64,000 nucleotides of DNA from the human T2T-CHM13v2.0 reference genome, Homo sapiens, in assembly GCF_009914755.1 (NCBI RefSeq), contig NC_060928.1. One strand, written 5' to 3'. The notes beneath the pieces were generated by a model, which worked only from the letters and a program-made list of their open reading frames with translations, had not been told where the DNA came from and searched no databases. The number at the start of each line of letters is the position of its first letter. Within the stretch, counting starts at the first letter, position 1. Shown here in pieces: positions 45,950-60,367 of this stretch. The position numbers and the translations under genes are program-made.

Positions 45950-46462
45950 TGTACTGACAGAGCACGACACACAAAGCTGAGAACCTATAATTTTTTCTAT
46001 ATTTAACTTTGGTCAGCCGCTTATTAATGTTGAGTCAAGTTGTGGTTTCTGAATTTCTAGAGAGTGGCAGAGAAGTTGGAAAAGATCCAGAGAGAAATGA
46101 CAGAAACCATTCAGATGATGAAGGATAAGACCTAGGAGGAAAGGTGAAAGAAGTTGAACTACCTTCACCTTGAAAATTATAGGCCAAGGACTGATTTAAT
46201 AACTTTCTTCAAGAACAGGATGGTTTATTTTGAGGAGGATGCTAGCTGGCTTTTCTCTGTCTCTATAGAGATGAAAACCAGACAAAATGGGATTAGAATG
46301 CAACCAGAGAATTATCTTTGACCTAAGGCAGAACACAGCTGCAAAGGTGATTAAACTCTGTCATTACCAACACCGGAGAGCTTTGAAAATGTGCTCAGCA
46401 ACCATTAGTTATGGGTAGTTTAGGCAAGTCACTGGAGGAGGAAATCCCTTTCAACTCTATGT
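45950..46462 (+). mobile_element. CR1/L3 LINE 3' fragment
   Basis: TTGGAAAAGATCCAGAGA (LE.IQR), GAGGAAAGGTGAAAGAAGTTG (EERLKEL), terminal CCCTTTCAACTCT. Confidence 0.75.
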
Positions 46463-46747
46463 CTCCATGTATTTGATTTCTCAAAAGCCAAATTAATAGG
46501 TTTAGTCAGTGTATAGGAGAGAACAGATTTCCCAAAGAGGAGTACAAGGTGACCAGAATATATCATCTTTCATTCTGAAGCTAGAAAGTTTCAACACAAA
46601 ATGAATATTAGCCATATGCCAAAGTCATACAACTCTAAGAGGTGGTTTGCAAAAGCTATTAATAAAGCTAGTTATTTCCCAAATTTCATAAATGGACTAA
46701 TAGAAACCATGTTGCAACAAATCTAAGGGAAACTGAGATTTAATAAG

Positions 46748-47285
46748 ATTCATTACACATCTATTGAACACCTGCTATGTTTCAAAGAGCGTTCCAGGCA
46801 CTGGAGATTCCAAGCCTAATATGACATGTCCTTGCCCTTGGGAGCTGACAATCTGGGGAGGAAAGAGACACATTACTGGCAAATCTTGTGATAGAGAGAA
46901 ACACAACATGCTATGAGAGTACCTGAGTGGGACCCCCAGTCCAAAAGGGGCATTCAGGGAAGGCTCCCCAAAAACAGACGCTGCAGATGAGCTTCGTAGA
47001 TAGATTAGGTGTAAAACTGGCACAGGAGGGATTTATTGTAGAGAAGGTGTATGCTGAATAAATAACAGTACAAAGAATAAATATGTTTTCAATGCTGACT
47101 AAATACTGGACAGTGTATGAAGTGCTTAGTCAGTATAAATTTATTTTATCATCAGGCCATCTCTAGTTTATTCATTCATCAAATATTTGATTACCTGCTA
47201 TGTTCTAGGGACTCTGCATACAACAGTGAGTCAAACACAGATTCTGCTCACTGAGAGCCTAGTGCAAGGAGGGATGCTATTCAAA
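46748..47285 (-). mobile_element. two L2 3' fragments
   Basis: CTATTGAACACCTGCTATGT at 46761; TTCATTCATCAAATATTTG at 47171. Confidence 0.75.
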
Positions 47286-47659
47286 AATAAAGCAATCACA
47301 TATGAATATTATAAAATTATAAACAAGCTGCTGAAAATATGTGACATTTATATAAAACAAAAGTATCTCCAAACTGTATGTTTCTAAATGTACATGCATA
47401 TGTCAATGTACTTTTAAAATATTAACAACTCAACTTTTAAAATTATTAGTATACAAAACAGGTAACCTGGTTAAATCTTAGAGATGGGGCAGAAATGTCC
47501 ACTGAGCCCAGGCCTTGTGTAACTCCTTAGTTAAGTCCAATATAGTCTGGTACTAAAATGTCTTAAGGGGTAGACTACTTAGCATCTCCATCTTTTTCCT
47601 CTGCCTTATCAAAGACTTCCAGAATTGCCACCACTTGACAGAGTTGTTTGTTGTTGTTG

Positions 47660-47737
47660 TTTTTAAAGAGTCTCTTTTACTTACTTTTTTTTAAAGAGTC
47701 TTATCCTTTTTTTTTAAAAGAGTCTCTTTTACTTACT
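47660..47737. repeat. imperfect triplication of T(n)AAAGAGTCT(CTTTTACTTACT)
   Basis: Three copies directly visible. Confidence 0.85.
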
Positions 47738-48146
47738 CTTACCAGGACTGCTGTTTCATTAATCTAGTTTGTTATGGCCCAGAAAACAAGAGAATAGATG
47801 GGAGAGAAACCTGCCACATCTGATTGTAACAAACACGTTTTTACATACTGACAGGGAAATGTTTAAACAGTCACATCAAAATATTCTGCTTCAATGGTAT
47901 TACACGTAATCAGTACAAAAATTTAATTTTATTTTTACAACCTAGATCTGAGTGCTCCTCATTTGTCAGGTCTGGTTAGAAACAGACATTATGAAAGAAT
48001 CAATTCTATTCTTAAATGGTTTCTTGCTTGTTTGTATATCATTACCCTATCAAGACAAAATCCAGCCATATGTGCACCAGGGGAAGCGGAAAGAGGGCTT
48101 TGCAAAACAAAACCCCCAAACACTCACCTTCACATGGTTTTATTAA

Positions 48147-48186
48147 AGCACACACACACACACACACACATGCACACACATACACG
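48147..48186. repeat. (CA)n microsatellite
   Basis: Directly visible. Confidence 0.95.
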
Positions 48187-48219
48187 TGTTTATATATTAT
48201 GATTAAAATGTGTTTACGT

Positions 48220-48684
48220 TTATGTAATTAAAATAATTTTTGTTGGATGGCCGAATAGGAAGAGCTCCAGTCTACAGCTCCCAGCATGAGCGACGCAGAA
48301 GACGGGTGATTTCTGCATTTCCAACAAAGGTACCGGGTTCATCTCACTGGGGAGTGTCGGAAAGTGGGTGCAGGACAGTGGGTGCAGCGCACCAAGCGTG
48401 AGCCGAAGCAGGGCAAGGCATCGCCTCACCAGGGAAGTACAAGGGGTCAGGGAATTCCCTTTCCTAGTCAAAGAAAGGGATGACAGACGGCACCTGGAAA
48501 ATCGGGTCACTCCCACCCTAATACTGTGCTTTTCCAACGGTCTTAGCAAACGGCACACCAGGAGATTATATCCTGCACCTGGCTCGGAGGGTCCTACACC
48601 CACGGAGCCTCTCTCATTGCTAGCACGGCAGTATGAGATCAAACTGCAAGGCAGCAGCAAGGCTGGGGGAGGGGCACCCGCCAT
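48220..48684 (-). CDS. L1 antisense ORF0, open and C-terminally extended (154 aa); expression unknown
   Basis: MAGAPPPALLLPCSLIS...SVGVGPSEPG...IRVGVTRFSRC matches recalled primate L1 ORF0; ATG at 48684. Confidence 0.5.
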   Translation of the reverse strand: MAGAPPPALLLPCSLISYCRASNERGSVGVGPSEPGAGYNLLVCRLLRPLEKHSIRVGVTRFSRCRLSSLSLTRKGNSLTPCTSLVRRCLALLRLTLGALHPLSCTHFPTLPSEMNPVPLLEMQKSPVFCVAHAGSCRLELFLFGHPTKIILIT

Positions 48685-49259
48685 TGCCGAGGCTTGAGTA
48701 GGTAAACAAAGCGGTGGGGAAGCTCCAACTGGGTGGAGCCCACCACAGCTCAAGGAGGCCTGCCTGCCTCTCTAGACTCCACCTCTGGGGGCAGGGTACA
48801 GCCAAACAAAAGGCAGCAGAATCCTCTGCAGAATTAAATGTCTCTGTCTGACAGCTTTGAAGAGAGTAGTGGTTCTCCCAGTACGCAGCTGGAGATCTGA
48901 GAACGGATAGACTGCCTCCTCAAGTGGGTCCCCGACCCCCGAGTAGCCTAACTGGGAGGCACACCCCAGTAGGAGCAAACTGACACCTCACACAGCCAGG
49001 TACTCCTCTGAGACAAAACTTCCAGAGGAACGATCAGGCAGCAACATTTGCTGCTCACCAATATCTGCTGTTCTGCAGCCTCCGCTGCTGATACCCAGGA
49101 AAACAGGGTCTGGAGTGGACCTTCAGCAAACTCCAACAGACCTGCAGCTGAGGGTCCTGACTGTTAGAAGGAAAACTAACAAACAGAAAGGACATCCACA
49201 CCAAAACCCCATCTGTATGTCAACGTCATCAAAGACCAAAGGTAGATAAAACCACAAAG

Positions 49260-50270
49260 ATGGAGAAAAAACAGACCAGAAAAACTGGAAATGCTAAAAA
49301 TCAGAGTGCCTCTCCTCCTCCAAAGGAACGAAGCTCTTCACCAGCAATGGAACAAAGCTGGACGGAGAATGACTTTGATGAGTTGAGAGAAGAAGGCTTC
49401 AGGCAATCAAGCTACTCTGAGCTAAAGGAGGAAGTTTGAACCAATGTTAAAGAAGTTAAAAACCTTGAAAAAAAATTAGACGAATGGCTAACTAGAATAA
49501 CTGATGCAGAGAAGTTCTTAAAGGACCTGACGGAGCTGAAAACCAAGGCACAAGAACTACGTGACACATGCACAAGCTTCAACAGCCGATTTGATCAACT
49601 GGAAGAAAGGGTATCAGTGATGGAAGATCAAATGAATGAAATGAAGCGAGAAGGGAAGTTTAGAGAAAAAAGAATATAAAGAAATGAACAAAGCCTCCAA
49701 GAAATATGGGACTATGTGAAAGGACCAAATCTACATCTGATTGGTGTACCTAAAAGTGACGGGGAGAATGGAACCAAGTTGGAAAACACTCTGCAGGATA
49801 TTATCCAGGAGAACTTCCCCAATCTAGCAAGGCAGGCCAATATTCAAATTCAGGAAATACAGAGAACACAACAAAGATACTCCTTGAGAAGAGCAACTCA
49901 AAGACACATAATTGTCAGATTCACTAAAATTGAAATGAAGGAAAAAATGTTAAGGGCAGCTAGAGAGAAAGGTCAGGTTGTCCACAAAGGGAAGCCAATC
50001 AGACTAACAGTGAACCTCTTGCTGGAAACTCTACAAGCCAGAAGAGAGTGGGGGCCAATATTCAACATTCTTAAAGAATTTTCAACCCAGAATTTCATAC
50101 CCAGCCAAACTAAGCTTTGTAAGTGAAGGAGAAATAAAATCCTTTACAGACAAACAAATGCTGAGAGATTTTGTCACCACCAGGCCTGCCTTACAAGAGC
50201 TCCTGAAGGAAGCACTAAACATGGAAAGGAGCAACCAGTACCAGCCACTGCAAAAACATGCCAAATTGTA
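49260..50270 (+). pseudogene. L1 ORF1p, disrupted
   Basis: ATG GAG AAA AAA CAG start; premature stops near 49437 and 49677 and a frameshift near 50075. Confidence 0.9.
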
Positions 50271-50334
50271 AAGACCATCAAGGCTAGGAAGAAACTGCAT
50301 CAACTAACGAGCAAAATAACCAGCTAACATCATA

Positions 50335-52929
<2,595 letters not shown>

Positions 52930-53239
52930 TAATGTTTCTAATGCCTGTGTGTGGCATGCACTTTCCATGGATTCTCTCATTTAGTATCCAGGAAATTTCC
53001 ATCTAAATCAGATTGAAATCCTTAAAGTTTAGGCAATGACGTATCATGACATACAAGTACGACTAAAGATCAGAACTTTCTTCCCAAACCCAAAAGGACA
53101 ACACAAACTTCCCTTTTCCTCAAGTAGAAGGTAGAAAACCATAGCAACATCAAATTTCACAGGAACAAATTGAAAATTGTGTAGCTATGAAAGAGGCCCC
53201 AGTGTTATCATCCTATTATAGTTGGGTTCTCTTATCAAT

Positions 53240-53800
53240 TTATTATTCATTTATTCATCCGTGCATTCACTCATTCGACATTTATTGAATACTTGCCCTG
53301 TGATGTACCACGCCAAGTTCAAGGGCTATAAAGATAAAGAAGACACATCTTCTGCCCTTGAGGAACTCACAGCCTAGCAAGAGAGACAAATATGAGAGTA
53401 AGTAATTCCACTGAAGGCATAAGTGTGATATTAGAGGATCAGCACAGAATGCTGTGGGAGCCCAGAGCAGGAAATGGCTAACTAACCCCTGCCTGCGAGA
53501 CACGGAGTACTTCCCAGAGGATACCACCCGAGATAAGGGCTTCATCAGGCAGGGTGCAGGAAATGAGCCTCTGAGCAGAGGAAGGGGTTTGCACAGGCAT
53601 GGAGGCATGACTCATGCTCATTTGGGCAACTGTGTGTAGCTTGATATAACCAGAGCTAGGAAGCCAGCAGATGGGGTGGGAGGAAGGAAAACAGAAGCCA
53701 GAAGGATTTTTAAACAAATTCATGATTAGATCAGATCTTATAAAAATTCCTCGGGAGGCTGAATGGAAACTAAGTTAATGAGGCAAGGCCAGCCAGAAAA
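53240..53800 (-). mobile_element. L2 3' fragment
   Basis: (CATT)n tail, CATTTATTGAATAC, CTGCCCTTGAGGAACTCACAGCCTAG. Confidence 0.85.
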
Positions 53801-54429
53801 AGGCAAAGAATACCTGGCATTTTGAAGCTGCTACTTGGATGCAGGTGTTTTGACTCAGGGATATTTTGAGGTGGCCTGAAAGTAATTTAATTTTCAACTC
53901 CTAAAAATTACTAAGTCATGTGCAAAACACTCATCTCACCTCATCACAGAACCCCACCTCATGCTAGCCCCTGCATCTAGGATGAAGCTCAGGGAAGGGG
54001 TGGAGGTTGGAGCTGGGGTTAGGGGTAGAGGGAGTATTTCACAACATCTTACAGATAAGCCACATATAGCCAGGAGGCGGTTTACTGCAGGTTCCTACCT
54101 CAGAAAGAGCCATTAATATGCAACAAGCATCCTGCTCCTTCTCTGTGAATTTCCTTGTATTTTGCAAGAGCTGCACCTCAAAATTTCTGGTTACTCCCTT
54201 GCCATTATGATTGTAGCAATAATTTAGTTTTGGTTAATAAATGTTATTAAGTGCTTTAACTGATGTTCCTATTTTCCTTAGAAAAATCTCAAAAACCTCT
54301 GCTTTTATGGGCTTCCATAAAATGTTCAATTTATTTTTGGGATTCAGGTTATGCATTGGGAGGGAAGCTGGAGAGAGAGTATATCAATTAGGATGATTTT
54401 AGTTGTAAGTAAAAACAAAGTTATTGGCC

Positions 54430-54658
54430 TGAAGGAGTTCAAGAAATGCCACCCCGGAATATGCCAGCTGCTTTGGTATGCTGATTACTTCAAACTAGGG
54501 GGCACTTGGGGAACAGAAGACGCAGGCAGAGGCTTTCTCTGAGCTCCCCTTATCTACCTAAAGACAGATAGTCCAGAAGGAGCTCAGCTGTCCTGAATCC
54601 CCTTGGGAATCTCATCAGTCAGAGAATGAGGAATCTCTTAACCAAGATTAACTTGGAA
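54430..54658 (+). mobile_element. 5' part of an ERV1 LTR, MER34 group
   Basis: TGAAGGAGTTCAAGAAATGCCACCCCGGAATATGCC...GCTGATTACTTCAAACT. Confidence 0.7.
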
Positions 54659-54952
54659 CACAGGGTCTCACTCTGCCACCCAGGCTGCTACCCAGGCTGG
54701 AGTGCAGTGGCACAATTGCAGCTCACTGTAACCTCAAACTCCTGGGCTCAAGCAAGCCTCCTGCCTCAGCCTCTGGAGTAGCTGGAAATACAAGCTCGTG
54801 CAACCATGCCCAACTAATTGTTTTACTTTTTGTAGAGATGGGGTCTTGCCATGTTACCTAGGCTGGTCTTAAGCTCCTGGCCTCAAATGACCCTCCCACA
54901 TTGGCCTCCCAAAGTGCTGAGAGTGTGCAGACGTGAGCCGCTATGCATAGCC
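54659..54952 (-). mobile_element. Alu, J-like, tail absent
   Basis: Antisense dimer beginning at CAGGGTCTCAC; small internal duplication of ACCCAGGCTG. Confidence 0.9.
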
Positions 54953-55059
54953 CAAAAGTCATCTTTTAAAAGAACTCGTGAAAAATAATATTAAATACAG
55001 ATGTGACTGAAGTATGAAGTGACAATTTTTATAATTGGGAAATCGAGAAATATGTAATA

Positions 55060-55400
55060 AATGTCAGGGATATTTTTGATAATATAGAAAAAATGAATTT
55101 ATATTCGTCCAGGCTGTTTTGACTCAGAGGCTTGGGAACTGATTAGGAAATAATCCCAGGAGTCCGAGGGTGAAATAACTGGTTAGGGCCTAGACTAAAG
55201 TTGTGGTTGGGGGCTTTGGAAAGGAGGGAACTGAACTGAGAGATTTATTTAACAAATGGGACCCAGGACTTGGTGATTGGGCCTGAAAGTGCAAAGGAGA
55301 GATTAACTTCCAGGTTTCTGGATCAGGTAGCTCACTAGGGAGGAAGACCCATCATAGAAATAAGAACTAGAGGAAGAAAAGGAAAATTGGAAGATGTGGA
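55060..55400 (-). mobile_element. L2 fragment
   Basis: GGGCCTAGACTAAAG...CAGGACTTGGTGATTG...TCCAGGTTTCTGG. Confidence 0.65.
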
Positions 55401-55563
55401 AAGAAAAGTTGTCCCAAACTCTTTCTGGGTCTGATTTAATTTACAACCTCATTCTGGGAAGAAATATATGCATTCTCTGATAAAAATGGATAAGCAATTA
55501 TCTGATAAACTTTAATAGAATTAAGACTCGTTCTAGGAAGCAGTCATGATGACTTCATCATCT

Positions 55564-55597
55564 CTAGGTAGGGATGATGACTGACATCCCTACCTAG
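55564..55597. repeat. perfect 13-bp inverted repeat with an 8-nt spacer
   Basis: CTAGGTAGGGATG-atgactga-CATCCCTACCTAG. Confidence 0.95.
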
Positions 55598-56188
55598 TTG
55601 ACTGTCAGTGAAGAGTCTTGTGGCCATTAACCAAACCTTCTCTTTCCCTTCCTTGTTTAACAGTGAGGATTTAACTTTCTCTTTACCTACAAGAAGCACT
55701 ACCAAGAGTTAGTTTTTGAAATAACTCCTACAGGTCTTTTCTTTTGGAGCAAGATTATGACAAAACTTCAACAGATGCTTATAACTGGAGGATTGTAGAG
55801 GAGGATCCTGTCTTCTTCATTTATAGGTATTTTAAGTCCTAGTTCTATGGAAATAATAATCTAAAAATAATTGTTAAAGTAACACATGTTCAGAAAGTTT
55901 GGAAAAATTCATAAAATTAGAAAGCATAGGAAACTTACTTGTACATCATCCTTATGCATTCATTTTTTCACTATTTATATTTCCTTCTACAAATTTTGTG
56001 TCCAAAGCCTTTAACTGTTTTTCTGTTGATGATTGTCTTTATAATGAAATCGTTGGAATGTTTTATAAATTAAGAATATGACCCCAAATCAATTGACCTT
56101 TTAAGGTGGGAAGCTCATTTTGTGGTGAAGACCCCTGCTTAAAGTTGGGTTCCTTAGTAACTCCTCTCATTGTGTTGTTTATTAACAA

Positions 56189-56274
56189 AAGCACACCAAC
56201 ATGGCACATGTATATGTAACAAACCTGCATGCTGTGCACATGTACCCTAAAACTTAAAGTGTAAAAAAAAAAAA
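56189..56274 (+). mobile_element. very short L1PA (about PA4-6) 3' tip
   Basis: GCACACCAACATGGCACATG...TACCCTAAAACTTAAAGT plus A12. Confidence 0.92.
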
Positions 56275-56454
56275 GGTCTGTTTTATCAGAGACAAAAAAA
56301 AAAAAAGCTAATTGTTCTTCAGCACTTACTACTTGCCAGACACTAGTCAGCTTGGCTTCCTGAGAAGAACCATGTCTACCCTTAGCTGCAATCCTGATGG
56401 TGAGTGCAGTGTCTAGCACACGAGAGGGAATAAGAACTTGATGAACATGACAAT

Positions 56455-56685
56455 AGTAACAATCTTGAATAACTATTTGCCAGGAGTTACTAAACATGTT
56501 ATATACATTATCTCATTTAAATCCTCATAATAACTCTATAAGTACAATTATTGTCACTATTTTACGGATGAGGAAACCGAGCACATAAAGAAGTTAAATG
56601 TCTCATCTGAGATCCCACAGTTAGAGCTGAGGTTAAAACCCGGTTCCGTTTACTTTGAGACTCAAGCTTTTGATTGTGACGCTAT
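56455..56685 (-). mobile_element. MIR
   Basis: TTTTACGGATGAGGAAACCGAG core. Confidence 0.85.
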
Positions 56686-56813
56686 CTAGAGGATTATTTC
56701 TAGTAGAGGAATTTTAGACATGAGATATGAACACTTAATTCTTTGAACAATCCAGTCTTTATGTGATCTCATGTCACAAAATTTATTCCTCAAGTTTTTT
56801 TGGAACATTTTTT

Positions 56814-56855
56814 AATGGAAATGAGAGGGTTATCAATGGAAATGAGAGGGTTATC
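56814..56855. repeat. perfect 21-bp tandem duplication
   Basis: AATGGAAATGAGAGGGTTATC twice. Confidence 0.95.
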
Positions 56856-57574
56856 ATTACATAACTAGAAAAATCTCAGATCACAAATTTCATGTTTCTC
56901 AAAGCTTTTGAATTATAATACCAGGCAGAGCTTTCGGAAAAGTTATCCAGTGGAGGGTGAGAAGACCCCACAGGGAATAAAGTGAGCTAATGATCCAGAC
57001 TAGCATCATGAAACTGCCCAGAAGTACACAAAGACAGAGTCAATTTCATGGAATCTGTTCTTACTTTGTTTAAATTTCACAGTAGCTCAGATTAAAACCT
57101 TAGTTTCATGTTATATCCAGTTTCTGTTCACAAGTTAATTGAGAGCATTTTCCACTGCTGATGTGTAAAATCTGCTCCCTACCGGTAGAATCAGAGATTC
57201 CTAATTGATTTGACCAATTTAGATTAAGTTGATTCACATCTGCAAGTAGAGAGCCACCTTCATGGTCATGGAGGAAGAAGGCATCCTGTGCAGTCTTCCC
57301 ACCATCTTCTCAGCTCAGTCCAGGCAGACTTGCTGCTGGGGTTAAGCAGAGAGAGGCCTTTACCAGTGTGCTAACTACTACTTTTCTCTGGGATGTTTAT
57401 GAGAATGGCTCAGTTTACAGGCATTGCAGCCCAGGGGTGGGCAAATGACAGGCCAGACTGGACCTACAAGTGTAGTCAACAGTAGGAGCGTGCTTGGATG
57501 ATGGGCATTTTACCTATCTTTCTTTTAATCCATTTCTTCTATTGATTGTTTAGCAATTTTTTTTACATGATTTT

Positions 57575-57895
57575 GTGGAAATGGCATAGGATTGTGAATC
57601 AGAAGATAAGTGTCCCTATTCTGTGTGATTTAGGACAAAGCACTTCCATTTCTGAGCCTCAGTTTCCTCAACTGTAAATTAGGGATAATATCTTCCTCCT
57701 GGGATAATTGCAAGGAATAAATAAGCTAATGTATTTGAAAATGCATTATAAAACTCAATGCACTTTATAAATATTTTGTTATACATAATTTTATTCTAGT
57801 TTTACAGCTGAGAAGACTGAAATTCGTAGAGATTAAGGCTACATTTCTAATAAGAAAGTGAGGATCTGAACCAGGGCTAGCTCCAGATTCTTCTT
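57575..57895. mobile_element. MIR (+) followed by MIR (-)
   Basis: TCTGAGCCTCAGTTTCCTCAACTGTAAA, then TTTTACAGCTGAGAAGACTGA. Confidence 0.8.
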
Positions 57896-59591
57896 TTTAC
57901 ATGTTGCCTCCTTAAACAAACTCAAGTTGTTATTGTGAATATATTTTTTGCATAACTTAGGCTAGCAATTTTTAACCCTGATTTCAGGAGCCCCACGTAA
58001 CACTCCAGAGGACTTTGTGCCAGCCATCCCTAGTGCCTAGCAAACAGAAGAGTACCCAGGTCCATATCTCCCAGTTACACACAGATTTCTCATAGACCTG
58101 AAAATGGGGCACAACATAAAAGTTTAAATTCCTATCACTGCAGGACCAGCTGCTATTATTTAGTGTGCTATTTTAACACTAAACAATTCAGAGTGAAGAA
58201 AACTTCCTCTGTTTATTCTTCGTCTATTGTACTCCTTTGCTGTATATAACAACATATCATTGCAAGTGGCTTTAGGGAATCCTTTGTACCCAGACCATAG
58301 AATACAAAGGCACAAACTAGTGACCCTAACAAATAAGACAATGCTTGTTGACCGTTTGATGAAGTTACTAATTAAAAAATATCTTCTAGGAAAACCTTAA
58401 AAAAAAAACAAAACAAAAAACACTTCCAAGGGAGAGGAAAAGAATGGGATGTTTTCCTCCCTCTTACCTGAGAAATCTCCTCTAAAAGTTGATGTATATC
58501 TTGACTTTGAGTAATCAGTTTCTTTACAAGTAATAAGCACTTCTTTGTTGATTTGCAGTTTCTCATTCAGTATTTTTTCTTGCAGCTAGTTATATAAATT
58601 CTATTAATTAACTGACTCTAATAATTCTTCATTTGCTACAGTATGAAAGGTTCTGCCTGCAATACCTATAAATAACAGGGCAGGGAAGCAGGCACAGATT
58701 TTAAACATAGAGCTTCCAAAATGTGAAGGCCTAAAGTAGGGCAATCTGTCATCTCTGTGCAGGTGGCTGAAGGTGCCTCCTGTGCTTGATTGGCTATGTT
58801 GTCAAGACTTTAACTCTCCATCAGGACCAGCACTTGGTGCATGGAACAGAGGAGAGTCACCCACATCTCCTGGAAAGGGATGCAGAGATAACAGAGAGCT
58901 CAAAGAGGAAGGGAGAACAGGGCCTTGTGGTAAGCTCAAGAACTTACCTTTTATTTCAAAGCTGTTTAAATTTATAGTCTAAAATAACTATGGGATCTCT
59001 AGTCTATTTCTGACTAGTTGGCTAGTGTACTGAATTGGGGTTACTTTGTTCCTTTTTATCATTACTAAAAATTATCTTTTCTTTCTACTATGTAATATAT
59101 GCTCCGTGCAGACAAATGGAATTTCTGGAATGAAAGGAACAGCAAAAGATAATCAAAAGAAATCAATTTCACTATCAGGAAAAACTTTGTTGTATATGCT
59201 GCAGCATACACACAAGAATGTATTTCATAACGTCACACCTCACATAAAATGTGTAGCCTTAACAATAAATTGAACATTTTTCATGCCAATAAGTATTCGT
59301 CTGCAGTGTGATTTTTAGCAACTAGTGTTTTAGTCTATAGATATCAAATTATTAGTATAACCAGTCTTCTCTTTAGGCATTTATTTCCATTTTTTCACTA
59401 TTTTAAATCATGATGGAATAGTGATCTTTACATAAATCTTATTTTATTGTTTTCTAATTGTTTCTATAATGTAAATCCATAAAAGTGAAATTCTCGGGTC
59501 AAAGTATATTTTAAGCTTGTTGGTTTACACCACCTAACTTCCATCCAGAAAGGTACCCATTTTGCTTCTGCCTTTCGGATAGATGAATGCT

Positions 59592-60367
59592 GTCCATTTC
59601 AGAAACTGACAACACAAACTGTGGCACATTGGCATACTGTGTATTTTAAGCTGAAGGAAATCATGAAAACCACAGAAGCAGAAAGGTCTCTCTGACTTTC
59701 TTTCACCTGAAGACCTTCAAGTAATAGGTGTCCTCCCTATACTCAGAGGGAAGAAATGTTACACAAGAAGCCAAGAAGAATCTGAACAAATAGACTTTGC
59801 TAAGCTCCCCCCACCAGCTTATTACCATTAGATTATAGCCCCTTTTGCCCAATGATACTTTTATGCACTGTCCACTCTTCACTGAGCCTAAGCATAAACA
59901 TATACAGACTAAGTTCCCCTGGGTCTTTGGGTCTTCATTACAGAAAGATCCTGTGTCATATAAAACTGATTAAATAAATTTATTGTAATCTTCTCTTATT
60001 AATCTATCTTTTTTAATATCCTAGATTTGTTTTTGGTTTTTTGGATACATTATATTTGTACACATGTATGGGGTATGTGTGATATTTTGTTACGTGCAAA
60101 GAATGTGTAATGATGAAGTCAGGGTATTTAAGGGTATTCATCACCTGAGTATCATTGCTATGTGTTGGGCACATTTCAAATCCTAACTATTTTGAAAAAT
60201 AGTTGTTCAACTATTGTTGTTAACCCCAGTTACCCTACTTAGTTATCAAACATTAGAACTTATTCTTTCTACCTAGCTGTATATTTGTGATCTGTCTTTT
60301 GTTATAAGAATGTCACCCATGAACCTTGCAATAGGTGAGGAAAAGATATTACTTTTTCTCTCCTATA
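59592..60367 (+). mobile_element. ERV1 LTR, MER34A-like, interrupted by L1MA
   Basis: GCCAAGAAGAATCTGAACAAA...TTTGGGTCTTCAT...GGTGAGGAAAAGA...CTCCTATA. Confidence 0.8.
60012..60289 (-). mobile_element. L1MA3/4-like 3' end
   Basis: AGAATGTGTAATGATGAAGTCAGGGTATTT; TSD ATCT(A/G)TCTTTT. Confidence 0.85.

Noticed and set aside
53991-54033. G-quadruplex
   Set aside because: Only three closely spaced G3+ tracts; the others need a 14-nt loop, and there is no supporting context.
55545-55584. C/D-box snoRNA (ATGATGA...CTGA)
   Set aside because: The C-to-D span is only about 40 nt with no room for a guide; the motifs are better explained by the local inverted repeats.
58660-58680. TATA/MEF2-like CTATAAATAA as a promoter
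   Set aside because: A single short AT-rich motif in AT-rich DNA, with no CpG island or downstream exon evidence.
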